DNA of 45,108 bases from Candidatus Hodarchaeota archaeon (GTDB lineage Archaea > Asgardarchaeota > Lokiarchaeia > Sigyniarchaeales > SOKP01), in NCBI GenBank assembly GCA_048886305.1, contig JBHLKV010000003.1, positions 1-45,108 of the forward strand. The letters run 5' to 3'. Positions 1 to 8,557 of the stretch are shown piece by piece. Below the pieces are notes generated by a model. It was given only the letters and a program-made list of their open reading frames with translations. It was not told where the DNA came from and made no database searches. Numbering within the stretch: position 1 is the stretch's first letter; the number at the start of each line of letters is the position of its first letter. The translations under genes were made by a program, and so were the position numbers.

Positions 1-405
1 GTGTTTAGAAGTTATAGAGAAAGTGGATTCGGAGGAGATCCTGGACATGAACCTGTTTTAAAAAACATTTTAATTAAGGATAGGGATTCAATAGCTATAG
101 AAGTTCCTATTTGGAAGAAGGAAGAATACAAAACCATTACAGGGCATATTGATTTGATTCAAATTGAAAATGGTGTTGTTAAAGTAATTGATTATAAACC
201 AGAAGGAAAATTTTTACTCTCTTTGCCTCAAGTAGCAATGTATGGTTTTTTATTTAAATCTAGGTTGAATATTGAGACGGTAAAATGCGTTTCCTTTAAT
301 AAGGAAGAAGTTTGGGAATATGAACCAAAAATATTATTGACTGAAGTCAAAGAATATTTAATCTCTCATCGAATTGAAGAGAGACCATGGGAAAATTTTA
401 TTTAA
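1..405 (+). CDS. PD-(D/E)xK nuclease superfamily protein, C-terminal fragment (RecB/Cas4-like core; gene continues upstream of the window)
   Basis: The frame is open to the window edge, so the GTG at 1 is not a real start. GHIDLI ... VIDYK (D ... D-x-K) followed by QVAMY (QxxxY) matches the RecB-family nuclease core. There is no C-terminal Cys cluster, so this is not a canonical Fe-S Cas4. Confidence 0.5.
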   Translation: MFRSYRESGFGGDPGHEPVLKNILIKDRDSIAIEVPIWKKEEYKTITGHIDLIQIENGVVKVIDYKPEGKFLLSLPQVAMYGFLFKSRLNIETVKCVSFNKEEVWEYEPKILLTEVKEYLISHRIEERPWENFI

Positions 406-416
406 GGAGTAAGTAT

Positions 417-692
417 TTAGAGTTTTTTTCCCTTTGGTTTAGGGGATTCTGGTTTTTCCTTTGGCTTCACATACCCTTTAAACATGAAATAACATAAAAT
501 TAAGGCTATTAATTCTGTAGCAACACCAAGAGAAGAAATAATTGTGCCATTATATCCAAAATATCTTAATACTATTGCGATACCTAAACCTGAAAATGCT
601 AATATAAATAAAATAAATCCTTTTATGATTTCTAAGAAGGAATCTTTGATAAACACGAGTTCTTTTTTAATCCAAGTAAAAAGTGAAGCCAT
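417..692 (-). CDS. small membrane protein (two hydrophobic helices, Lys/Pro-rich C-terminal tail)
   Basis: 91-aa ORF with an ATG start. FILFILAFSGLGIAIVL and IISSLGVATELIALILCYFMF look transmembrane. It lies 115 nt downstream of the 808..5306 gene pair on the same strand. No family recognised. Confidence 0.4.
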   Translation of the reverse strand: MASLFTWIKKELVFIKDSFLEIIKGFILFILAFSGLGIAIVLRYFGYNGTIISSLGVATELIALILCYFMFKGYVKPKEKPESPKPKGKKL

Positions 693-807
693 AAGATAAT
701 TCTACATCCAATAAATTTTAAATAAATTAAATAAATATCATTTTAATATCTTTGTTATTTTTAAAGTATTTATATCAATATGTCAAATCAGAAAGAGTTT
801 TGGATGA

Positions 808-3003
808 TCACTCACTCCTTTGTTTACTTTTAAATTTAGAATAAAGCGCTTTATCTAACAATTTCCCTATTCTTTGGGCAATTTGTTTACCAATTTCATA
901 TCGTTCGCCATCAAGTAAATTTCTCATTGCTTCTGGAGAGGGATTATCCCCTAACCTTCTAAACAAGACATTTTTTGTAATTTCAATTACGATATCTTTA
1001 ATATTTACATAATCGGGTAATTTAATGCCGGGATTAAAGCTATTGATTTTCTCTACTGCAAATTGGAAAAATTGACTAAATAGCTCTATTGGGTCTCCTT
1101 TTAATTCACTATGAAGTTTTAAATTATCAGTAGCAATTTTTGTATCCTTTTCTTGCCAATATAACTGATTTGGATTGATACCAGGACTAGTTATTCTCAT
1201 GAGGGAACTTGTAATTCTACGTTCTATCCAATTTAAGGTACTTATTTCCTGTTTTTCACGTATTTCTTTCTTTTTTTCTTCTTCTTCTTTTTCTTTAGAT
1301 TTTATTATTTGTTCTACTTTTGATTTACGTTGTTCTTCGAACTCTTCAAACCTTTTGATTAAATCATATCCAATGCAGTAAGAAATTGGTGAGATTAGAT
1401 CTGGCTTTAACTTTAATTGCGAAATGCCGAAATATACATAGCTATTTTTCTCTCGTAATTCCATAATTCCCTGTCTTAATGGAATTCCCATCAATCGTGC
1501 CAATATAAAACCATTGACTAAAAATGGTTGATTATCCGCATTAAATACAATAACTAACTCTTCTTGTCTCTTATTTAATTTTTCTATTACTAATTCCTCT
1601 AACTTAACCTTAACCCATTCTTCAGAATCAGTAGTTCCAAATATTTTTCGTAAAGCTAGAAGAAATAAAGTTTTGTCATTTGAAATTTTAAGATATAGTT
1701 CAATAATTCGACTAAGTTGCCTTAATATTTTTGATAATATATAAAAAAAGATATCTTTCACTAACTTATCCATAATATCTTCAAATTCTAGGACAAATAA
1801 GATATGAGCATAGTTTTTTAATCCTAATTCCTTTAAAAAGATTTTATCAATAACCTGCTTTTTTCTCTGATCAGTTGGATTGATAAGATCATTCTTTGCT
1901 ATACTATATCTGACCAAATTTCTCCTTACTTCTTCAGTAACCGACTCGTCTATATTCATGAGGTAAAGGATATTATGGACTCCATATCTATTTAACGTAT
2001 AGATTAAATCATTAAAACTACATTCATTTAGACTTTGTAGAAAATAAATAAAATCATTTGGATTAATTTTTAATTGTTTAAATAACTCAGATTTTAAGAA
2101 GCTCACAATATTTTGTTCAAATTGTTCATAATTAATTTTTTCTTTAAGCGCATTTTCTATTCTTTTCAGTAGTTCTTTTTTAAGGTTGTTTGTTTCTTTA
2201 AAGATTTTTAATCCAGGAATAGAAATTGGAAACCGATCAAAGTTATAATCAAAGATTTTCCGTTTTATCATTCTAACCGGCATTGCCTGTACCTGAAGTT
2301 CTTTATATGATTTGAATTCAAAATCTTTTCGGATTTTGTCAATCATTCGTCCTAAGGTTGCTAATTCGATAAATTTATCTTCTTTCTCTTCTCTTTCTAA
2401 TTTTTTTTCAATTTCCAGTGATAAATCTTTAAAAGCTGAGCTTTCTTCTAAGATTTCTAATTTAGTTTCTTCAGTTAATCCTATCAAATCCCCTATTAAA
2501 TCATAAAAATAAAAAGGAGGGTATTTTAATATGATTTCTAATAATTCTTGTTCAACTTTTTGTTCAATTTCATTCAGCATTTGCTTCCTTTGAAAGTCTG
2601 GAAGTGTAGATTCTCTTTCTTCGATTAGGAATGATATAAATCTATTCTCTAAATCAAAAATCTTATTTAAAACCCCAATTTCTAAAATAAATGAATCTTT
2701 TAATAACGTACCGACTTCTTCTATTAAAATCTTTTTCTCAATTTGTTCTAAATTTTGTGCTGCCTCAAAGGAAAATTTATCTTGTTCTAAGGTTTCTTTA
2801 ACTCTAATACCTAAATTGTGATAAATGTGAATTACAGCTGTAGCAATTAATAGGTCTTTGAAAGTGGTTTTTTGACTTGTTAATTCGAAAATTTTTTGCT
2901 TATCAGCATCTCTCTTAAAATGGGAAATAATTAAATCTACAGTTTGAAAAAATCTAAATGTACTTTCAACGGCAGTTGTTTTTCTTTTTATCCCACTAAT
3001 CAT
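808..3003 (-). CDS. large uncharacterised all-helical protein (731 aa), translationally coupled to the upstream 768-aa gene
   Basis: Long uninterrupted ORF. I place the start at the ATG at 3003 (M6 of the track ORF), which forms an ATGA start/stop overlap with the TGA (3002..3000) of the upstream gene and follows a GGAG. The sequence is K/E-rich and helical, including KEKEEEEKKKE. No P-loop, nuclease, methylase or metal-binding motif seen. Confidence 0.6.
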   Translation of the reverse strand: MISGIKRKTTAVESTFRFFQTVDLIISHFKRDADKQKIFELTSQKTTFKDLLIATAVIHIYHNLGIRVKETLEQDKFSFEAAQNLEQIEKKILIEEVGTLLKDSFILEIGVLNKIFDLENRFISFLIEERESTLPDFQRKQMLNEIEQKVEQELLEIILKYPPFYFYDLIGDLIGLTEETKLEILEESSAFKDLSLEIEKKLEREEKEDKFIELATLGRMIDKIRKDFEFKSYKELQVQAMPVRMIKRKIFDYNFDRFPISIPGLKIFKETNNLKKELLKRIENALKEKINYEQFEQNIVSFLKSELFKQLKINPNDFIYFLQSLNECSFNDLIYTLNRYGVHNILYLMNIDESVTEEVRRNLVRYSIAKNDLINPTDQRKKQVIDKIFLKELGLKNYAHILFVLEFEDIMDKLVKDIFFYILSKILRQLSRIIELYLKISNDKTLFLLALRKIFGTTDSEEWVKVKLEELVIEKLNKRQEELVIVFNADNQPFLVNGFILARLMGIPLRQGIMELREKNSYVYFGISQLKLKPDLISPISYCIGYDLIKRFEEFEEQRKSKVEQIIKSKEKEEEEKKKEIREKQEISTLNWIERRITSSLMRITSPGINPNQLYWQEKDTKIATDNLKLHSELKGDPIELFSQFFQFAVEKINSFNPGIKLPDYVNIKDIVIEITKNVLFRRLGDNPSPEAMRNLLDGERYEIGKQIAQRIGKLLDKALYSKFKSKQRSE

Positions 3004-5306
3004 AGCTCCTTTAACCACTCCCGATATACTTCTTTAAAATTATCTGCTAATTCAAATCTAGAATTAGTATGCCAAAACTTAAAGCTTAATACGTGAAAAA
3101 GATCTCCCCCAAACAATTCTTTTTCTTCGCTTGTTAAATTGTGTTTTAAAATTAGAGTTAATGGTCTAGGAATCAATTTTGAAAAATATTTTAATTCCAT
3201 CTCTTTGATATAATCATAAAAATGGTCCTCACCATTTAGATTAAAAAAGTTAATAGGAACTTGCTCTTCAAATTGAGGGTTAAGTATGCTCATTTCTTGT
3301 TTGATTCTATTATTAACATACTTCGGAAATTCAGTACTAATATTCATGCTTAAATCATATTGCTTGTAAAAATCAATTAATAAATCCCTTTCCTCAATAT
3401 TCGATATCCGAGCAATATATGTATCCAAAAATTTTAAAAAATGCTCAAACTTCTGCTCATTTGATTCTCTTTCTTCAAAATAGCTAATAAAATCATTGTA
3501 TATCTCGTCTAAAGTCCATTCTTTTCTTTCTTCTAAATTAAAGAATTTTTTGTTATAATCACTTAACCATTCCAAAATATAAGATTTCCAGGTTAAATTT
3601 ATTCCCCCTATTCTTTTTTCTAAAAAGCGATGAAATCTCGTAGCAAAAGTAACTGGATCGGCTATTTCTTTATCAGGTTCTTCTTTGATATACCTATTAA
3701 TTGTTGTATACCTAAGAATATAGCTTAGGAGATAAGATAATTCACTCGAAAATGTCTTAAATCTATCAATATGCTCTCTTATAGTGTTAATATCTTTTTC
3801 CATTTGTATTTCCGCAAAAGACACTAAATCTCCTATCTCTAGTTTTATGTTATCAAAAAATGGCTCTAAATTTGTATTAATTAATCTCCTAAACTCTCTT
3901 ATTATATTTTCTTCATTGAATTTGAGAACTCCTGATAAAACCATTGGATTAACTTCAATTTGGCTAAGAATATGATCTTTAAACTTGTCTATTAATTTCT
4001 GACCAAGGACTTTCGCTGGTTTTTGTTCATCTTCGAATTTTTGTTTTAAATTTTTTGTTAAATCAACAATTAAGGATTTTAGCCTCCTACGCGAGAGATA
4101 TTTTGGAAGAGATGCTTTAACCAAATTCAGACTACTTGTAATAATTTCTGAAAAATAATTAAAGATCGAGCTTAAATCTATTGCTCTTAAGTTTTCTTGC
4201 GCAATTGCTGATTGCTTAATTGTTTTAATCGCTAAATTACTAATATCTTCAAAATCTTCATTTTCAAATTTTGCTTTATTTACAATAAACTGTTTATATT
4301 TTTTTGATAGTTCATCCAGATCTCCAATTTCTCCAGTTGTAAGAAAAGAGTTAGAATATTCAATGAACTTATTCAAATATCTTTCTAAATCAATTAAAAT
4401 TTTATTAATAAAGGAAATTAACGATTTTGCTGGGCAAGGATCATTTAAGTTTTGTATATTTTTTTTAGTATAGTTAATAATGAATGAGATTATTCTATCT
4501 TGAGATTCATCAATTGTACCTGTATTTGCTAAATTAATTAGATTTGTTCCTAACTTTAAGGTTTTATCCACTATAAAATTAGCACTAGGCTCTGATATAG
4601 AATATTTAATATGGTCGATGGATTGCTGCCCCTCATAAGGGCTTTTTAGTCTATCGAATTTTGAATTGAAAAGATTAATCTCATATGGTCGCTTGTGTAA
4701 TAATATATCTACATCTGATTTGACTCTTGCATATGTATTCAACATTTCTTTTTCTGTTGGAAGGGAAGCACTTATACCGATTAATTTTTTATTCCATTTA
4801 TCTTCAATTATTTCTCCAAAGAGTTTTTTGCTGAATCTAGTGGCAAATCTTTTATATACCTGTTGTTTGTCATCATTTTTTAAATCAGGTCGATCGGTAA
4901 ATTCTTCTACTTCAAAAAATAATTTACTTATCTTATTTATCGCTTCATGAGATTTATGGGCATCTAAATATCCCGTTTCAGGCTTTAATGCAAGTAATAA
5001 ACTTTCACAGTCTTTATATTTACCAGGTATGAAAATCATTGATTTTGGAAAAATATTTACTCGAGCACTTTTCTCATCGAGATTATACAATTCAAATTCG
5101 ATACTAAAAACTTCTGAACCAGTATAATCTCTTAAAATTGCATTATACATCCTTAAATATTCTATAACTCCCTGGGAAAGTTCATTAACTTTTTCTCGAG
5201 TTAATTTTCCCGGACCAATTACATCTCCTACAATGATGTCGTTTGGAGAAGAATATCCATATATTAGTGAAAATTGATAATTGATTGATTCTCGTGTAGT
5301 AATCAT
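3000..5306 (-). CDS. large uncharacterised protein (768 aa): alpha/beta N-terminal domain with a longin/roadblock-like strand-helix pattern, then about 600 aa of helical sequence
   Basis: Long ORF with an ATG start. N-terminus: YQFSLIYGY / IIVGDVIGP (two strands), TREKVNELSQGVIEYLRMYNAILRDY (helix), EVFSIEFELY / ARVNIFPKSMIFIPG (strands). The rest is helical. No enzymatic motif recognised. The fold call is pattern-based only. Confidence 0.55.
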   Translation of the reverse strand: MITTRESINYQFSLIYGYSSPNDIIVGDVIGPGKLTREKVNELSQGVIEYLRMYNAILRDYTGSEVFSIEFELYNLDEKSARVNIFPKSMIFIPGKYKDCESLLLALKPETGYLDAHKSHEAINKISKLFFEVEEFTDRPDLKNDDKQQVYKRFATRFSKKLFGEIIEDKWNKKLIGISASLPTEKEMLNTYARVKSDVDILLHKRPYEINLFNSKFDRLKSPYEGQQSIDHIKYSISEPSANFIVDKTLKLGTNLINLANTGTIDESQDRIISFIINYTKKNIQNLNDPCPAKSLISFINKILIDLERYLNKFIEYSNSFLTTGEIGDLDELSKKYKQFIVNKAKFENEDFEDISNLAIKTIKQSAIAQENLRAIDLSSIFNYFSEIITSSLNLVKASLPKYLSRRRLKSLIVDLTKNLKQKFEDEQKPAKVLGQKLIDKFKDHILSQIEVNPMVLSGVLKFNEENIIREFRRLINTNLEPFFDNIKLEIGDLVSFAEIQMEKDINTIREHIDRFKTFSSELSYLLSYILRYTTINRYIKEEPDKEIADPVTFATRFHRFLEKRIGGINLTWKSYILEWLSDYNKKFFNLEERKEWTLDEIYNDFISYFEERESNEQKFEHFLKFLDTYIARISNIEERDLLIDFYKQYDLSMNISTEFPKYVNNRIKQEMSILNPQFEEQVPINFFNLNGEDHFYDYIKEMELKYFSKLIPRPLTLILKHNLTSEEKELFGGDLFHVLSFKFWHTNSRFELADNFKEVYREWLKEL

Positions 5307-5480
5307 AACCTAATTAAACTAAAACTATTATAATTCTTGCTGAAATAGCAAATAAATTTAGGAATTATTTTTAATATTTTTAAATTTATATATTATTAAA
5401 ATTTACTTTTGAATAGTAAATAAATTAATTTTATAAAAATTTATATTTAAAATTCTAATAAATAAGTTAGATGGAAAAAA

Positions 5481-6158
5481 TTGTCAGAGATCCTTCTTAA
5501 TCAACTTATAGAGAAATTGGATGAGGTACTCTTAGGAAGAAGAGATATTGTATCTGAGATTGAAAAATTAAAAGATGCAATAGAAAAGATTCAGAAAAAG
5601 AAAAAGGATAATATAGGAAGTCAAATCATGAATACTGTAAATGAAATTAAAGTATTTATGTCGAAATCAACCAATGTTTTATATGAACTAAATAATAATA
5701 TGAAAAATTTGCAATATTTAATAAATTCCCTTAATAATGTTTTTGACACAATTATAAATTCAAAAACTATCCAAGAATCGTTTACGAATAGTAAATTTTC
5801 ACTAATCCCTCAAAAACCTGAGCCCTTACCTCGATATGAAAGTAACTTGCCTACTCAGATAATATCTCAAAGTGAATCAATAACACCACCACCACATGTA
5901 CCAGAAAAACCTATTGAAAATGTAGGGGATTCAGATTTTAATTTAATTCTTTCTGTCGCTAAATCAAATAATCCCGCAGTAGAAATCGCAACAATGCTAG
6001 AAAAAATCAGAACTAAATTAGAAAATGAAAATCCTTTAAATCCCATCTTATTTGAATTAAGCATGGAATCAAGACGACTAAAATCATTAGGAAATATACC
6101 ACTTGATCCACATAATTTACAAATTCTAATTGAGAAATTACATAAATGGATTGGATAG
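5481..6158 (+). CDS. coiled-coil protein with a Pro-rich linker and a small helical C-terminal domain (uncharacterised)
   Basis: 225-aa ORF starting at the first possible start (TTG), 15 nt after an in-frame stop. It has N-terminal heptad-like sequence (LIEKLDEVLL...IEKLKDAIEKIQKKKK), then PQKPEPLP...TPPPHVPEKP, then a helical tail. It is divergent from the 808..5306 operon and directly upstream of the Roadblock gene. Confidence 0.5.
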   Translation: MSEILLNQLIEKLDEVLLGRRDIVSEIEKLKDAIEKIQKKKKDNIGSQIMNTVNEIKVFMSKSTNVLYELNNNMKNLQYLINSLNNVFDTIINSKTIQESFTNSKFSLIPQKPEPLPRYESNLPTQIISQSESITPPPHVPEKPIENVGDSDFNLILSVAKSNNPAVEIATMLEKIRTKLENENPLNPILFELSMESRRLKSLGNIPLDPHNLQILIEKLHKWIG

Positions 6159-6288
6159 CAATTGAAAATTATGGAATTTTATTTAAAATAAATTTTTTCT
6201 TAAAGAAAATAAATAAATAAATGGATTTTAATTAATTTAATATAAGCATTATCTAAAATATTATAAATTTTCTAGAAGGTGTAGGCTT

Positions 6289-6693
6289 ATACAATTTGGA
6301 TCTGATTTAGGGATTAACCATGAAGATATAGAAAAAATAAGTCCGCAAATCACATTTATAACATCTAATGCAGATATAGAAGCAATCGCACTTGTAAGTG
6401 TAGAAGGTTATCAAATAGCCTTTTCTGCGTTGCCCCAATATCAGGTAGATGGTGATCAATTTTGTGGACTGGCCAGTGCTTTATTAATGACTGGAAGATC
6501 AACAATTCAAACTTTATTCCAAGAAGATATAACTGAAATAATTGTAAGGGCTGAGAATGGATATATTGTGGTAACAAATGCAGGACGCTTAGTCATTGTT
6601 TGTGCAGGGACAATTATTGATACTTTAATGAAAACGGTAAAAGTCATGCGAATAGCAGCAAAGAATCTTTATAAAATCTTTGAAGGGCGATAA
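6289..6693 (+). CDS. Roadblock/LC7 (MglB-like) domain protein, probably initiated at a non-canonical ATA
   Basis: Roadblock-like core: IEAIALVSVEGYQIAFS ... GLASALLMTG ... ITEIIVRAENGYIVVTNAGRLVIVC. The track ORF (TTG 6430) cuts off the first helix and strand. The frame is open back to the stop at 6238..6240 with no ATG, GTG or TTG in between. AGGTG (6277..6281) lies 7 nt upstream of the in-frame ATA at 6289, giving a normal 134-aa Roadblock. Confidence 0.6.
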   Translation: MQFGSDLGINHEDIEKISPQITFITSNADIEAIALVSVEGYQIAFSALPQYQVDGDQFCGLASALLMTGRSTIQTLFQEDITEIIVRAENGYIVVTNAGRLVIVCAGTIIDTLMKTVKVMRIAAKNLYKIFEGR

Positions 6694-6813
6694 TAAAGAG
6701 TTATCATTTTTTTACATTTCTGTATATTTTATTGCTTTAATTTTATAAAAAGTACTTTTTGAAACAATTAACTTTTTATTTACTAATATATAATTAAATC
6801 AATAATTTTTTAC

Positions 6814-6885
6814 ATGTTAATATGGTTTAGCTTTATGGCAACTGGAAATTATTTTTCTTGGCAGTGGCCTTGGTCTCGATTGTAA
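6814..6885 (+). promoter_or_regulatory. candidate Trp-rich leader peptide mini-ORF upstream of trpB2 (MLIWFSFMATGNYFSWQWPWSRL)
   Basis: Read directly: ATG 6814 (or the in-frame ATG 6835) to TAA 6883..6885. There are 4 TGG codons in 23, three of them within five codons (6859..6873). A TATA-like TAATATATAA at 6784..6793 lies about 26 nt upstream of the first ATG. The hairpin GGTCT-n8-AGACC (6872..6889) overlaps the last Trp codon and the stop. T-tracts follow at 6926..6945. Confidence 0.4.
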
Positions 6886-7038
6886 GACCCATTGTATTGG
6901 CTTAAACTATATTATACTTTCTCTCTTTTACTAATTTTTAGTTTTCTAAACTATTAGATACTTTTTATAAAAGTGCGTTAACAATATTGATTTCCAATTT
7001 AGTAATGAGACACAAAAAAGTAATTTGTAAAAAAGGTA

Positions 7039-8448
7039 ATGAAAATGGTAGATTATTACAATTCAAGAATTATATTACAACCAAATGAAGTACCGAAGGA
7101 ATGGGTTAATATTTTACCTGATTTGCCCTCTCCTATGACGCCCTTAGTAAATCCAATGGATGGGAAACCAGCTCCACCAGAACTGGCGTTGGCAATATTT
7201 CCAAAAGAATGCGTTATGCAAGAAATATCTCAAGAACCAACAATTCCTATCCCAAAAGATCTTAGGGAAATTTTTGCTAAAACTTATAGACCAACTCCTC
7301 TTCATCGGGCATTAGGATTAGAAAAAGAATTGGGAATAGAAGGTGATGATATAAGGATCTTTTATAAAAATGAATCTGTCTCTCCAACAGGATCTCATAA
7401 ACCAAATACTGCTATAACCCAAGCATATTATGCAAAACAAGATGGAATTGAAGAATTGGTTACGGAAACAGGAGCAGGGCAATGGGGATCGGGCCTCTCC
7501 TATGGATGTAATTTATTTGGCATAAAATGTACAGTTTACATGGTAAGAGTTAGCTTTTTGCAAAAACCAGGGAGAAAGATTTTAATGAGGTCCTTTAATG
7601 CAGAAGTTCATGCAAGTCCCTCAAGGCTCACTGAATCAGGCAAATCATTCTTAGAAAAAGACCCAGAACATCCTGGGAGTTTAGGAATAGCTATATCTGA
7701 AGCATTGGAACATAGTTTAAGAAGTGATACCGCCAGATATTCTCTTGGAAGTGTTGTTAATTTTGTTCTTTTACATCAGACAATTGTAGGACAAGAAACA
7801 AAACTTCAATTAGCAAAAGCTGGTATTGATAAACCAGATATAATAATTGGTTGCATGGGTGGAGGTTCTAACTTTGCTGGCTTAATGATTCCTTTTGCAA
7901 GAGATAAACTACATGGAGTTCTTCCAGACGTTGAAATTATTGGTGTTGAACCACGAGCTTGTCCTAGTGTTTGTAAAGGAGAATATCGCTGGGATTTTGG
8001 AGATACTTCTATGAAAGGACCTATTGTAAAAATGCACACGTTAGGTCATTCGTTTGTTCCAAGCCCAATTCATGCAGGAGGATTAAGATACCATGGAATA
8101 GCGCCTATAATTTCAATTTTGTATAATAGTAAAGTTATGTCCGCAGCTATGCATCATCAATCCGAAGTGATTAAATCCGGTCTTTTATTTGCAAATACAG
8201 AAGGGATCCTTCCTGCCCCCGAAACTGCACATGCCGTAAAGGAAGCAATAGATCAGGCATTAAAAGCTAAAGAAGATAATGAAAAGAAAACAATCGTCTT
8301 CAACTTTAGTGGTCATGGCTTTTTTGATTTATTAGCATATAAGCTATATATGACTGGTGAGTTAGAAGACTATGAATTACCAACTGAAGAAATCCAAAAA
8401 GCATTATCATCAGAAGAAATGCCAAAAATTGATGAAGCTCAAATTTAA
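7039..8448 (+). CDS. trpB2: tryptophan synthase beta chain, TrpB2 (long, stand-alone) class
   Basis: PLP-lysine motif PTGSHKPNTA, plus TETGAGQWGS and GGGSNFAG. The N-terminal extension VPKEWVNILPDLP...RPTPLHRA is typical of TrpB2. No other trp genes in the window. Confidence 0.85.
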   Translation: MKMVDYYNSRIILQPNEVPKEWVNILPDLPSPMTPLVNPMDGKPAPPELALAIFPKECVMQEISQEPTIPIPKDLREIFAKTYRPTPLHRALGLEKELGIEGDDIRIFYKNESVSPTGSHKPNTAITQAYYAKQDGIEELVTETGAGQWGSGLSYGCNLFGIKCTVYMVRVSFLQKPGRKILMRSFNAEVHASPSRLTESGKSFLEKDPEHPGSLGIAISEALEHSLRSDTARYSLGSVVNFVLLHQTIVGQETKLQLAKAGIDKPDIIIGCMGGGSNFAGLMIPFARDKLHGVLPDVEIIGVEPRACPSVCKGEYRWDFGDTSMKGPIVKMHTLGHSFVPSPIHAGGLRYHGIAPIISILYNSKVMSAAMHHQSEVIKSGLLFANTEGILPAPETAHAVKEAIDQALKAKEDNEKKTIVFNFSGHGFFDLLAYKLYMTGELEDYELPTEEIQKALSSEEMPKIDEAQI

Positions 8449-8557
8449 ATAATAATTTTTTATTCATTTTTTATCTAACAATGTATTTTTACATTTTAAG
8501 AAAATTTTAAAAAAGAAAGAAACCTTAACATATTCAAATTTGAGAGATTGGTAGTTT

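Noticed and set aside
1175-4950. Plus-strand ORFs inside the giant minus-strand genes (1175..1381, 2312..2506, 3784..3975, 4666..4950)
   Set aside because: They are S/F/L/I-rich low-complexity mirror frames of K/E/N-rich genes. They are short and fully nested in much longer ORFs with coherent protein-like sequence.
6365-6577. 70-aa minus-strand ORF antisense to the Roadblock gene
   Set aside because: It is fully nested antisense to a frame that encodes a recognisable Roadblock fold, and it has no features of its own.
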